From an uncultured Spirochaetota bacterium (lineage in GTDB: Bacteria; Spirochaetota; Spirochaetia; SZUA-6; Fen-1364): a stretch of DNA of 64,000 nt. Made by a program: the position numbers and the translations under genes. The first letter of the stretch is position 1; each line of letters opens with the position of its first letter. The notes below the pieces were generated by a model. It had not been told where the DNA came from. It worked only from the letters and a program-made list of their open reading frames with translations, and ran no database searches. The DNA lies in contig CAVUXE010000028.1 of assembly GCA_963745235.1 (NCBI GenBank), positions 111,449-175,448 on the forward strand, read 5' to 3'. Below are positions 1-10,032 of this stretch, in pieces.

Positions 1-2240
1 GCTCCGGCCAGCGCCGCACGCGTCTTCGGCGTCCAGGGTATCTCCAAGTCCATCTCAGCACCGGCCCCGGGCGCCAGGTCGGGCAAAGCCCGAGTGCCGG
101 TGAGAATGGGCTCTCCGTCTGCCTGGAGTGCCCATCGAAGCTCGATCCCCGTCAGGTCCGAAAAGTCATGCCGGTTACGCAGGAGGATTCGGCCCTTGAA
201 CGGATGCTCCGCGGAAGCGGCCACGGGCTGAAAGAGCCTCGCGCACTCGGCAAGGACCGGCTTCGCGCTGCGATCAGGAAAGACCAGGCCGTTGCAGATG
301 AAGTCGAGGTCGCTTGGGCTGTCCCCGAAATCCCCCCCGTACTTCCAGTACTTCCTGCCTGCGGAGTCGAAAGCCTCCAGTCCCTGGTCCACCCAGTCCC
401 AGATGAAGCCGCCCTGCAGCCCGGGGAGGCGCTCGATCAGCGCCCAGTAGTCCGAGAGGCTGCCGTTGGAGTTGCCCATGGCATGCGAGTACTCGCACAT
501 GATGAAGGGACGGTCGTCCGTGGTCGTGGCGGCCCACTCCTCCAGCAGGTCCAGCGGCGGGTACATGGTGGACACGATGTCCGTGGCACGGCGGCCGCGC
601 TTCACCGACTCAAGGGTAGGCCGGCCCTGGCCCCACTCCGGACGGGAGCAGCCTTCGTAGTGCAGGGGCCGTGTGGGATCGAAGGTGCGCAGCCATCCGG
701 CCAGGGCGTCGTGGTTGGGGCCGTAGCCGGACTCGTTCCCCAGGGACCAGATGATGACCGAGGGATGGTTCTTGTCGCGCAGGGCCATCCGCATGCCTCG
801 TTCCAGGAAGGCGGACGCCCATCGAGGGTCTCGGCAGAGATGATCGTAGTAGGCGTGGCTCTCGATGTCGGCCTCGTCGATGAGATAGAGACCGTACTCA
901 TCGCACAGATCGTACCAGCGCTCGTCGTTGGGGTAATGGGAGAGCCGCACGGCGTTGAAATTGTGGCGCTTCATGATCTCGATGTCTTTGATCATGTCCG
1001 ACAGGGCGAGCGTTTTTCCATGACGCTCGTCGTGCTCGTGCCGGTTCACTCCCTTGACGAGCACACGCACGCCGTTGATGAGGAGCGCGCGTTCCTTGAC
1101 TTCCACGCGCCGGAAACCCACGCGGCAGGCGACGTGCTCGGTCGCAAGGCCCCCGGGAGAGACGAGACTCACCACCAGAGTGTAGAGCGCCGGGTCCTCG
1201 TGGCTCCACGGCGCGGGGGCCTCCAGGGGCAGCGAAATCCGCGCCTCCCAGCGCGAGGTGCGATACGCGGCCGCAACCGCGGTCCTGGCCAACGCCACGG
1301 GCGCGCCTGCCGCTGGGCTGAAGCCGCTTGACCCGAGCCTTTGCGGGCCGTGCAGGGCCGTCACGACAGTCCAGTCCCCGCGCCGCGCCGCTGCGTCCAC
1401 ACCCGGGGGCAGACCGCTCCCCGCTGCGTAATCTGGGGGTGCCGTGCCCGCAGCCGCGCCATGTGAGGGGTCGAACGTGAAACCCAGCTTCACTGTCACA
1501 TCAACAGAGCCCCCGGCCGGACGCGCGTCCACGTCAGCGATGTACGCGAAGTCCGTGCTGTAGAGATACACGCTGCGATAGATGCCGCCATACCACCACT
1601 GGTCCTGGTCCTCGATGAAGCTGGCGTCCGAGTAGCGGACCACCATGAACGCCAGGAGGTTGGTGCCCGCGCGGACACAGGGGGTCAGGTCGAACTCCGA
1701 GGGAAGGCGCGTGTCCTTGGAAAAGCCCAGCCGCTCTCCGTTGCACCACGTTTCCAGGAAGCTCTCCGCGCCGCCAACGTGGAGCACAGTGCGCCGCCGC
1801 TCCCAGTGGGCAGGCAGCGTGAAAGTGACGCGGTAAAGACCGGTCGGGTTGTGAGACGCCGGAGCGGACGGAGGCACGTTGCCAAACGGCATGACGACGT
1901 TGGTGTAGTGGGGCTTGTCATACCCCTGGAGGGTCCAGGTGCCCGGCACGCTGATCTCCCCCCAGGAGGACTCATCGAACTGAGGGTCGGCAAAACACGC
2001 GGCGCCGTTGCCTCGAGGAACGGCGACGGGGTTCTCCGCGAGAGCAAACCGCCAGGACCCGTCCAGGCTCAGGAACCAGGGGCTGCCGGACCCGGTGCCC
2101 CGGGGACCCGAAGCGGCCGCGGCCCGGGCATCTTCTGCGTCCGGCCAGGGAATGAGAGGGCTTCGCATGGGAAGCCTGCCCTCGCCGCTTACCTCAGGGC
2201 TTTGCCATGCATGTCTCGAGTGAAAAAGGTCTATCTCCAT
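1..2240 (-). CDS. lacZ: Beta-galactosidase, GH2 (LacZ/EbgA type); runs off the left edge
   Basis: Manual minus-strand translation from ATG at 2240 (MEIDLFHSRHAWQSPEV...) gives GH2 motifs YTNVVMPF, IEDQDQWWYGGIYRSV, GVNRHEH, NAVRLSHYP, NHPSVIIWSLGNESG, CEYSHAMGNS, GGFIWDWVDQ. Not in the ORF track because its stop lies outside the window. Confidence 0.93.
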   Translation of the reverse strand, partial: MEIDLFHSRHAWQSPEVSGEGRLPMRSPLIPWPDAEDARAAAASGPRGTGSGSPWFLSLDGSWRFALAENPVAVPRGNGAACFADPQFDESSWGEISVPGTWTLQGYDKPHYTNVVMPFGNVPPSAPASHNPTGLYRVTFTLPAHWERRRTVLHVGGAESFLETWCNGERLGFSKDTRLPSEFDLTPCVRAGTNLLAFMVVRYSDASFIEDQDQWWYGGIYRSVYLYSTDFAYIADVDARPAGGSVDVTVKLGFTFDPSHGAAAGTAPPDYAAGSGLPPGVDAAARRGDWTVVTALHGPQRLGSSGFSPAAGAPVALARTAVAAAYRTSRWEARISLPLEAPAPWSHEDPALYTLVVSLVSPGGLATEHVACRVGFRRVEVKERALLINGVRVLVKGVNRHEHDERHGKTLALSDMIKDIEIMKRHNFNAVRLSHYPNDERWYDLCDEYGLYLIDEADIESHAYYDHLCRDPRWASAFLERGMRMALRDKNHPSVIIWSLGNESGYGPNHDALAGWLRTFDPTRPLHYEGCSRPEWGQGRPTLESVKRGRRATDIVSTMYPPLDLLEEWAATTTDDRPFIMCEYSHAMGNSNGSLSDYWALIERLPGLQGGFIWDWVDQGLEAFDSAGRKYWKYGGDFGDSPSDLDFICNGLVFPDRSAKPVLAECARLFQPVAASAEHPFKGRILLRNRHDFSDLTGIELRWALQADGEPILTGTRALPDLAPGAGAEMDLEIPWTPKTRAALAG

Positions 2241-2259
2241 GCTTCCTCGGGCGCTCAGC

Positions 2260-3081
2260 TCACTTTACGGATCCCAGCAGGCCCGCGACGAACTGCTTCT
2301 GCATGGTCAGGAACAGAATCAGGACGGGCAGCGTGGAGATGCAGACGATCACCATGAGCGCGCCGTACTGGATCGTGTACGCCTGCATGATGGACGACAT
2401 TGCGATGGGGAGCGTCTTTATCGCATCGTTGAGGATCGTGATGAGCGGCCACAGGTAGGAGTTCCACTGGGCAAGGAACATGTAGATGGCGGCGGAGGCG
2501 AAGCTCGCCCGCATGGAAGGGGCCACGATGCGCACGAGGATGCTCAGCTCGCTCGCCCCGTCCACGCGCGCCGCCTCCATGATCTCCGTGGGGAACAGCT
2601 TGAAGTTCTGGCGCAGGAAAAAGATGATGAACACCGACATGATGGAGGGAAGAATGATTGCGGCGCGCGTGTTGAGCAGCTTGATGAAGCTGAAGAGCTT
2701 GAACATCGGGACCACGATGGCGATCTGCGGGAGGATGAGCGTCAGGAGAAGGATCCCGAAAACCCGGTCTCTTGCCCGGGAGGGGTATTTCTCGAAGCCG
2801 AACGCGGCCAGGGCATTGATGGCGACCCCGAAGATGACGGTGGCAAGCGCGATCACGAGGGAGTTCGTGAAAAAGAGGGGCAGGTTGTAGGCCGTCGTGG
2901 CCTGCCGCCAGTTGGACATGAAGTCCCCTCCGGGCAAGAGGATGCCGCGGAGCACATCGTTCGGGTTCAGCGTCATGCCGTTGAGCATCCAGTAGAACGG
3001 GAACACGCTCACCGCCGCGCAGACGAGCAGCACGAGCCACATCATCATTCGTCCCAGGGACCACTTGTTGGCGACGGTCAT
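2260..3081 (-). CDS. Carbohydrate ABC transporter permease (MalG/LacG type)
   Basis: Hydrophobic 273 aa ORF with EAA motif EIMEAARVDGAS and WNSYLWPL. Confidence 0.93.
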   Translation of the reverse strand: MTVANKWSLGRMMMWLVLLVCAAVSVFPFYWMLNGMTLNPNDVLRGILLPGGDFMSNWRQATTAYNLPLFFTNSLVIALATVIFGVAINALAAFGFEKYPSRARDRVFGILLLTLILPQIAIVVPMFKLFSFIKLLNTRAAIILPSIMSVFIIFFLRQNFKLFPTEIMEAARVDGASELSILVRIVAPSMRASFASAAIYMFLAQWNSYLWPLITILNDAIKTLPIAMSSIMQAYTIQYGALMVIVCISTLPVLILFLTMQKQFVAGLLGSVK

Positions 3082-3974
3082 TGCGCGCGCCTTTCTCCGC
3101 CCAGGAGTCGCAACTGGATGAAGGCCAGGATTCCGGAGATGACCACCACGACATACGACATCGAGGTGGCGTATCCGAAGTCGAAATTGACGAAGAAGGC
3201 CTGGCGATAGATGTAGAGCGCCGCCGTCATCGTTGCATTCGACGGCCCTCCCTGGAACGTGAGTATGTTGGGTTCTTCAATGAGCTGCATGGTGCCGCTG
3301 GTAGAGGTCACCGCGGAAAAGAGGATGATGGGGACGAGGAGCGGGACGGTGATGGTGAAGAACTGCCGGGCCTTGGAGGCCCCGTCCACCTCCGCCGCCT
3401 CGAAGATCTGCGTGTCGAGGCTCTGCAGCCCCACGAGGAAGAAGACCATGTTGTAGCCCGTCCATCGCCACGTGATGGCCAGCATGATGGTCACCTTGGC
3501 CCAGAATGAGTTGTTGAGCCAGCCAATGGGAGAGCTGATGAGGTGCCCGCTCAGCATCACGTTGTTGAGAAAGCCGTTGGTCTGAAGAAGGACCCGAAAC
3601 AGCACCGAGACGACGACCAGCGACGTGACGCTGGGCAGGAAGATGGCAAGCCGCAGCGCGCCGCGGAAGCGGCGGATGCCCTGGTTCAGGAGCACGGCAA
3701 GCACCAGGGCAAGGAAGACCATGACGGGGACCTGGATGAGCATGAAGATGAAGTTATGCCCCAGGGCCGCCTGGAAGACATTGTCATGAGCCATGCGGAC
3801 GAAATTGCCCAGGCCGATGAACGCGTTCGACGTTCCCTTCCATCTCCGCGTGACGTAGTACAGCGACGAGAGGATGGGATAGGCATAGAAAACGCAGAAA
3901 AAGAACGCGGATGGGGCGATGCAGAACCATCCGAATCGGTTGAGGTATCGTTGGTGGGCTCCAAACGCTGCCAC
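3078..3974 (-). CDS. Carbohydrate ABC transporter permease (MalF/LacF type)
   Basis: FIGLGNF, WRWTGYNMV, EAAEVDGAS; 4-nt overlap with next gene. Confidence 0.93.
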   Translation of the reverse strand: MAAFGAHQRYLNRFGWFCIAPSAFFFCVFYAYPILSSLYYVTRRWKGTSNAFIGLGNFVRMAHDNVFQAALGHNFIFMLIQVPVMVFLALVLAVLLNQGIRRFRGALRLAIFLPSVTSLVVVSVLFRVLLQTNGFLNNVMLSGHLISSPIGWLNNSFWAKVTIMLAITWRWTGYNMVFFLVGLQSLDTQIFEAAEVDGASKARQFFTITVPLLVPIILFSAVTSTSGTMQLIEEPNILTFQGGPSNATMTAALYIYRQAFFVNFDFGYATSMSYVVVVISGILAFIQLRLLGGERRAQ

Positions 3975-4070
3975 GGTTTGCTCCTGGTGGATCTGTCTTG
4001 CAAAAAGGCTTCCGCCCCCTGCCCGGTAGCTCCGAGCGGAGACGGAAGCCGCTGGGACACCCGGTGGTGT

Positions 4071-5355
4071 CTACTGGCCCATGACCTGCTTGTACTCGGC
4101 TTCTGCCGCGGCGATGGTGTCATCCACGCTGGACAGTTTGCCCTGGAAATAGTTCAGCACGGCGTGCGCAACAGCGTCCCGCATGGGCTGATAGTTCGGA
4201 GTGTACTTCAGGACGGGGACGTTGGACATCCACGCGGCAAAAGTCCTTGTAGATGGGCTGGCTCTTGTAGAAGAACTCGTCACGCGCCGTGTAGTTCGAG
4301 CCCTTCTGGCTGGGGAGGAAGGTGCCCATTGCGCCGGCGCCCTTGAGGATGGTGTTGTAGAAAGCAAGGGTGTCGGGCGTGGCGGTGGCCCAGACAGACT
4401 TCAGGAAGTCAACCGCGACGGCCTTGTTGGGGCTGGAGGAGAAGACGTACCAGCTTGAACCGCCGTTGTTGGAGGCGTTGGCCGCGCCAGGCACTCCTTC
4501 GATCCGCGGGGTGGGCAGAATCATGTACTTGCCCGCGTTCTCCGGCCGCGACTTCACGGACCCGACCATCCAGATGGCGTTGAGGAAGCCCGCGCTCTGG
4601 TCGCTGTTGATGGCGTTGATCCAGTCACTCCAACCGACCACGCTGTACAGCAGGCCCTTGTCGTTGAGCTCCTTGAACAGGCCGAGGGACTTCCTGAACG
4701 CCTCACTGTGCAGGTTGAGCGACCCGTCCGGCTTGAAGAACTGCCCTCCGGTGGACTGCACGACAATGCGCAGCATGTCGAAGTTGTCGCTCTGGTAGGA
4801 CAGCAGAGGTTTGTTTGTCTTGGCCTTCACCGTGACTCCGAGCTTCACAACGTCAGCCCACTTCATTTTCTTGCCCATGTAGCTGTCAGGGTTGAGCCCG
4901 GCGGCCTTGAGATAGTCCGCGCGAAGCCACAGGCCGGTTGAGCCCGTATCGAATGGGATGCCATAGACCTTCTTGCCCACCGTCATGGGCCCGACCTTGT
5001 ACGCGGCGAACTTGGAGTAGTCCACGCCCGCTGCCTTCAGGTCCACGAACGCATCCGGATAGTCGTGCAGGAACTGCTCGATACGGAAGTCCTGGAACAG
5101 GGCGATGTCCGGCAAGCCGGCGCCTCCCGCCTGCAGGCCGGCGCTGATTTTTGCCTCGATGTCCTGCGCCATGTCAACGACGTCAATGGTGACGTCGGCG
5201 TGGGTCTTGTTGTAGACCATTGCCGCCTGTTTCATGGCGTAGACGTTGAAGTTGGGGTCCCAACACCATACGGTGATCTTCTGCTGGGCAAAGACCCCGG
5301 GGACGAATGCCAGGAACAGGACCAGCGCGAGCGCTGTGACCAATCCTTTTTTCAC
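4071..5355 (-). CDS. Sugar ABC substrate-binding protein (lactose/galactoside type), frameshifted near 4240
   Basis: GTG at 5355 after GGAGG; signal peptide, ITVWCWD, PDIALFQD, YGIPFDTG, NNGGSSW. C-terminus (FAAWMSNVP...QVMGQ) continues in another frame after an extra base in the AAAA run at 4239-4242. Confidence 0.88.
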
Positions 5356-5434
5356 GAGAGGCCTCCTTCTGAGAGTGGTTGTGCACCCACAAGGGCGCGC
5401 AGGAGATTGTGCTTCCGGCCGGGCCCGTTCACAA

Positions 5435-5482
5435 GAGACAGATGTCACTGAAGGGGAAGGAATTACCCGGTACATTTGTCCC
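5435..5482. promoter_or_regulatory. Two imperfect 14-bp palindromes, putative NarL-family regulator boxes
   Basis: GAGACA-GA-TGTCAC (5435-5448) and GGTACA-TT-TGTCCC (5469-5482) between the response regulator and the binding-protein gene. Confidence 0.45.
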
Positions 5483-5512
5483 GCGTCTCCCCGGGGCAGG
5501 GCTGTCCGCGCC

Positions 5513-6188
5513 CTACTCGTGGTAGCGGAGCTTGTTCGCAAGCTGGATGATCTGGAACCGGTCCTGCACCCCGAGCTTGGAGTAGATCATGCTCACGTGG
5601 TTGCGCACCGTATGCTCGGCCATGTGGAGCTCCTCCCCTATCTGCGCATTGTCGTAGCCTCGGGCAATGAGCGTGAAGACTTCCCGCTCGCGCCGGGTCA
5701 GACTTTCAAACCATTCCAGACGTCCCGCGATTTCGCGCGCCGGCGAGGGCTCCTCGCTGAGGACGCTCCTCATCAGCTTTGCGACCACCTGCGGCGAGAT
5801 CTGGACTGCCCCGCCCTTGAGAGCGCGGATGCTGGCGATGAGCTCGGTCGGGGATATGTCCTTCAATAGATAACCCGCGGCGCCAAGCTTCAAAGCGTTG
5901 CGAACGTATTCGTCTTCGTCGTAGGTGGACAGGATCAGGATGCGGACCCCTGGCTGGGCTGCCAGGAGCTTGCCCGGTGGCTTCCACACCGTCCATGACC
6001 GGCATGTGGACATCCATGAGGACGATGTCGGGATGGAGATCCGCCGCTTTCTCCAGCGCCTCCCTGCCATTCCTTGCAAGTCCCACCACTTCGATGTCTG
6101 CCGCGTAGTTGCGAAGAAAAGTGGACAGGCTCTCCAGGAAGAGGACCTGGTCGTCGACAATCAGCAGGCGGATCTTCTCCATCGACAA
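5513..6188 (-). CDS. NarL/LuxR-family response regulator, frameshifted near 5975
   Basis: REC (LLIVDDQ, IVLMDVHMPVMDG) in one frame; GAAGYLLKD and LTRREREV...TVRNHVSMIYSKLG LuxR HTH in the next. Confidence 0.9.
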
Positions 6189-6193
6189 ACCTC

Positions 6194-7471
6194 TTACGCG
6201 ATGTCCGCGGGGGGCTTGATGGGCACCTGCACGGTGAGGGAAAACCCGCCTTCAGGCGCCCGTCCCACGCTGACGGTTCCCCCCAGAGCGCCAAGCCGCT
6301 CCTCCATCCCCGCAATGCCGATCCCTTTCACGATCTCGAAGGCCCCCTTGCCGTTGTCTGTAATGTTCAGCCGCAACTCCTCTCCCTCTACCCAGAAGAT
6401 CACTCTGACCCGGGACGCCTTGCCGTGGCGTACGGCGTTCGTGAGGGCTTCCTGGACGGTACGGTACAGGGCAAGGCTCAGCTCCCGGCTGAGAGAGTTG
6501 GGGAGATTGCCGAGACTGAGCATCACGTCGAGGCCCGTGATCTTGCGGAAGATGGAGACGATCTTGTAGATGGCGCGCGGGGCGTTGCTCTGCGCGGGCG
6601 GCTCGCCACGCAGCCTCCGCAGCGCAAGGCGCGTCTCCTGCAGCCCCTCCTGGGCCGTCTTGCGCGCCGTGATCAGCACGTCAGTCAGTCCGGCCTGGTC
6701 GTCGCGGGGCATGCTTCCCGCCGCGTCCATGAGGGCGACAAGGTTCGTGAAGATGTAGCCGGAGATATCGTGGATCTCCCTGCTGATGCGGTTTCGCTCC
6801 CGTTCGGAGGACTCTTCGTCCACGGTGCGCGCGTAGCCCTGGAGGTTGCGGTTCAGCTCCGCGAGGGTGTCCAAGTTCACCTCCTGGAAGCGAAGCACCT
6901 CGTCCTGCTCCTGACGCCGCTCCGTCATGTGCGCAAGAAGGGATGCCACAACGGCAAAAGCCGCCAGGACGAAGCAGTACGCTGTGAGCTGGTCCAGGGT
7001 CGGTGAAAGGATGGTATCCACGAGGCTGTTGGAGCCGAAGATTGCGGGCAGGGCCTGCGCAAGGGCAAGAGCGGCCAGGGCGAGTGCACTGATGACCAGC
7101 CCGACGGGAAACGCGGCAAGGATACCGATCTCCGTCATCAGCCCGACCCCCAGCACCAGCCGAGAGGAGAGAAAGGCGCCGATGCTGTACCCGAAAACGA
7201 TGAGCAGATACGTCCGCAGAAGCAGGACGATGGAGAGCCACATTCCGGGGCGCAGGAACAACGCGAGGACACTCATTGCCGCCGAGGCCGCGATGCAACC
7301 GAAGTAGGTTTCCGGGAAAAAGGCGTGCGTGCTCAGACCAACCGATGCGGGCCAGAAGAAAACCGCCGCCAGGCCGTACGTGAGGCCCAGGACAGCGAGA
7401 TGGAAAACCTTGACAATTGTCATTCTCCCGAAAAAGGACGAAGCGGTCAGGCTGGTTCCTCGCGCGGACAT
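6194..7471 (-). CDS. Membrane sensor histidine kinase (HisKA_3)
   Basis: Several N-terminal TM segments; ERNRISREIHD, QEALTNAVRHG, DNGKG, GIGIAGMEER. Confidence 0.92.
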   Translation of the reverse strand: MSARGTSLTASSFFGRMTIVKVFHLAVLGLTYGLAAVFFWPASVGLSTHAFFPETYFGCIAASAAMSVLALFLRPGMWLSIVLLLRTYLLIVFGYSIGAFLSSRLVLGVGLMTEIGILAAFPVGLVISALALAALALAQALPAIFGSNSLVDTILSPTLDQLTAYCFVLAAFAVVASLLAHMTERRQEQDEVLRFQEVNLDTLAELNRNLQGYARTVDEESSERERNRISREIHDISGYIFTNLVALMDAAGSMPRDDQAGLTDVLITARKTAQEGLQETRLALRRLRGEPPAQSNAPRAIYKIVSIFRKITGLDVMLSLGNLPNSLSRELSLALYRTVQEALTNAVRHGKASRVRVIFWVEGEELRLNITDNGKGAFEIVKGIGIAGMEERLGALGGTVSVGRAPEGGFSLTVQVPIKPPADIA

Positions 7472-7521
7472 GATAGAGCCTGATACCGCGGAAGTAAAGG
7501 AGGTGACAGCTTCACCCGCGG

Positions 7522-8394
7522 CTATCGCACGAGCCCACCTTCGCCTGGCAGCTTCATATCCGCCGGTGGACGATACTTTCCCAATCCGCCGCCGATCACG
7601 TAGTCCGCGATCTGCTCAAGGGTGGTGATCCATACCCTCTCTGTGCCCTGGATGGAGCCGATTATCCGCTCCAGGAGTCTCATGCGGGAGGGCCGTCCGG
7701 TGACAAAGGGGTGTAATGTCAGAACGAAGCAGCCGCCAAACTGATAGTAGCCCAGGAACTCCTCGGACCAGATGTCGAAGACCTTCGATGGGCTGGAAAT
7801 GCCGTTTCCAAGCTGGGGAGAAGAGCAGTAGCCGAAATGGACCCAATCATCGTTCGTCCAGTGGACGGGGATCTCCAGGAGCCTCTCATGCGCTCCCGCC
7901 TGAATGTGATACGGTTCATCATCTCCCATGAGGCTCGAGTCGTATTTGAAATCGTTTTCTTTCAACAACCTCGGCGTTCGCTCACGCATTTCCCACGAAG
8001 GCGCGCGGTACCCTCGTGGCCTCTTGCCGGTAATCCGTTGAAGAATCTCTATTCCCTTTCCCAGAACCTCTCTTTCCTGCTCCTCCTCGATGAGATCCGG
8101 CCTCTCATGAAGGTACCCATGGTGCGCCACTTCGTGTCCACGACGAGCCATGTCCTCCACCACGTCCTGGTGCCTTTCCGCCGCGTACCCAGGTACGAAG
8201 AATGTGGCGCGTATTCCACGATCGTCAAGAAGGTCCAGGATCCTCGGCAGTCCGACTTCAGGTCCGTATGTCGCCTCGGATTGCAAGGACAGGCGGTGCC
8301 TCGCGTTCTCCCTGTCGTAGCCAAACGCAGCACATTCCCCGTCTTCATCGAATGTGAATGCCACCGCGCACCTGTTCCCATGAGGCCAGTTCAC
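7522..8394 (-). CDS. Polysaccharide deacetylase (CE4, PuuE/PgdA-like)
   Basis: TFDEDGE, ATFFVPG, HHGYLHE, GYRAPSW, YDSSLM, LTLHP; likely GTG start at 8394 (VNWPHGNR). Confidence 0.88.
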   Translation of the reverse strand: MNWPHGNRCAVAFTFDEDGECAAFGYDRENARHRLSLQSEATYGPEVGLPRILDLLDDRGIRATFFVPGYAAERHQDVVEDMARRGHEVAHHGYLHERPDLIEEEQEREVLGKGIEILQRITGKRPRGYRAPSWEMRERTPRLLKENDFKYDSSLMGDDEPYHIQAGAHERLLEIPVHWTNDDWVHFGYCSSPQLGNGISSPSKVFDIWSEEFLGYYQFGGCFVLTLHPFVTGRPSRMRLLERIIGSIQGTERVWITTLEQIADYVIGGGLGKYRPPADMKLPGEGGLVR

Positions 8395-8464
8395 GCTCCG
8401 CTCTCTTTCCCATGAAGAGGCGCGGCACGCGCCGTGCCGCGCCCTGCGTCTTCTCTTTCTATTT

Positions 8465-9169
8465 CTATGGCAGAAGCTTGAAGTTCGGCATGTAGCCATG
8501 GATGCGAAATGCCCGAAACCCTTCCGCGTATCGAAACCCTGACTGCAGGCCGCGAAACTCGCTGATGACCCTGCAAAAATCGGAAAGAGTCTGCGTCTGG
8601 AATGTGGCCATCCAATCGAACTGACTCTTGTGAGAAGAGAGACCTTTCAGCTTCTTATCCATGACGTCGGTGATATCGACGTACACTTCCGGCTCGAAAT
8701 GTATCCCGGCGCCCGTATCCCAGTAGAAGAGTGAGGGAGATTTCTTGATCGGCGGGACATCGGCTTTTACGTTTTTCCCAGGCAGGGAAAGCATGATTCG
8801 ACTGACGATTGTGGCTATGACGTTGTGGTCTGTGCTCATGTCCCCGGGGAAATGAGTCAGAATGACGTCGGGATCCGCCCAGCGAACCGCATTCAGCACG
8901 TTTCTGCGGACGTCCTCGTTCTCGACGAGACCCTCGTCATCGTAGCGGAGGAACCTTACCTGTGCGCTGTAGATCTTTGCAGCTTCCAGCTGCTCTGCTT
9001 CCCGGATACGCGCGATCTCCTCCCTTCCCTCGAGTATGTTCGACCCCTGGTTGCCGCTCGTGGCAAGCGCAATGAAAATGCGATGCCCCGCCGCTGCGTA
9101 TTTCAGCAGGGTCCCGGCGCAGAAGAGCTCCACGTCGTCAGGATGAGCGCCGAATGCAAGAATGTTCAT
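8465..9169 (-). CDS. PIG-L/LmbE family N-deacetylase
   Basis: MNILAFGAHPDDVE, R..EQLEAA, DMSTDH, HKSQ, YAEGF. Confidence 0.92.
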   Translation of the reverse strand: MNILAFGAHPDDVELFCAGTLLKYAAAGHRIFIALATSGNQGSNILEGREEIARIREAEQLEAAKIYSAQVRFLRYDDEGLVENEDVRRNVLNAVRWADPDVILTHFPGDMSTDHNVIATIVSRIMLSLPGKNVKADVPPIKKSPSLFYWDTGAGIHFEPEVYVDITDVMDKKLKGLSSHKSQFDWMATFQTQTLSDFCRVISEFRGLQSGFRYAEGFRAFRIHGYMPNFKLLP

Positions 9170-9201
9170 GTCTTTTCTCCTTTTCTGGCACCTGTTTCGA
9201 T

Positions 9202-10029
9202 TCAGGCTTTCAAACCAGTCATTGCGATTCCTTGAACGAAATATCTGGACAAGAAGATGTAAAGCAGCAGCAAGGGAAGGCAGGCGATGACGCTCACGGC
9301 GAGCTGCTCGGGATAGGGGGTGTTGTACCCTCCCTTGAAGAGAGCGATCCCCTGGGGCAGGACGCGCATGTCGGGGTTGGAAATGAGAATCAGCGGCCAC
9401 AGAAGGAGGTTCCATACCCACTGGGCATGAAAGATCACGAGGGCCAGCAGCGCGGTTTTCGCCATGGGGACAGCAATCCTTGCGAAAATGGCGTACTCGC
9501 TCGCCCCGTCTATGCGCGCGCTTTCCACATAGTCATCAGGCAGGGAATAGAAGAACTGGCGCATCATGAAGACCCCGAAGGCCGTAAGGCCTTCCGGTAT
9601 GACCAACCCCCAGTAGGTGTTCTGAAGCCCCATTTTTCGAACCAGGATGAAAAGCGGGACCACGATTGCCTCGAAGGTAATCATGATGGTGGCCAGGACC
9701 ACGGTAAAAAGGAGGGCATTTCCCTTGAAGCGATATTTCGCAAACCCGTACCCTGCCGTGGCTGAGAGAAACAGGCAGAGCAGAACGGCAAGGGTCGTGA
9801 CTATCACGCTGTTGAGAATGAATCGGAGGAAATTGAAATCTGGAAAAGCGGTGAAGACGTTGTAGTAGCTTCTCCAGTTCCAGACGGGAGGGAGGAACCT
9901 GATAGGGATGGCAAGGACATCCTTGTTCAACTTGACAGAGGAGATCATCATCCAGAAAAAAGGAAACACGAAGGCAAGCCCGAGAATCAGGAGAACGGCA
10001 TAGAGTGCCGACTTTTTAATCGTTCTCAC
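9202..10029 (-). CDS. Carbohydrate ABC transporter permease (MalG type)
   Basis: ESARIDGAS, WNLLLWPL, TM pattern. Confidence 0.93.
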   Translation of the reverse strand: MRTIKKSALYAVLLILGLAFVFPFFWMMISSVKLNKDVLAIPIRFLPPVWNWRSYYNVFTAFPDFNFLRFILNSVIVTTLAVLLCLFLSATAGYGFAKYRFKGNALLFTVVLATIMITFEAIVVPLFILVRKMGLQNTYWGLVIPEGLTAFGVFMMRQFFYSLPDDYVESARIDGASEYAIFARIAVPMAKTALLALVIFHAQWVWNLLLWPLILISNPDMRVLPQGIALFKGGYNTPYPEQLAVSVIACLPLLLLYIFLSRYFVQGIAMTGLKA

Positions 10030-10032
10030 GCC

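Noticed and set aside
168-1331. 387 aa plus-strand ORF
   Set aside because: Antisense shadow of lacZ; no motifs of its own.
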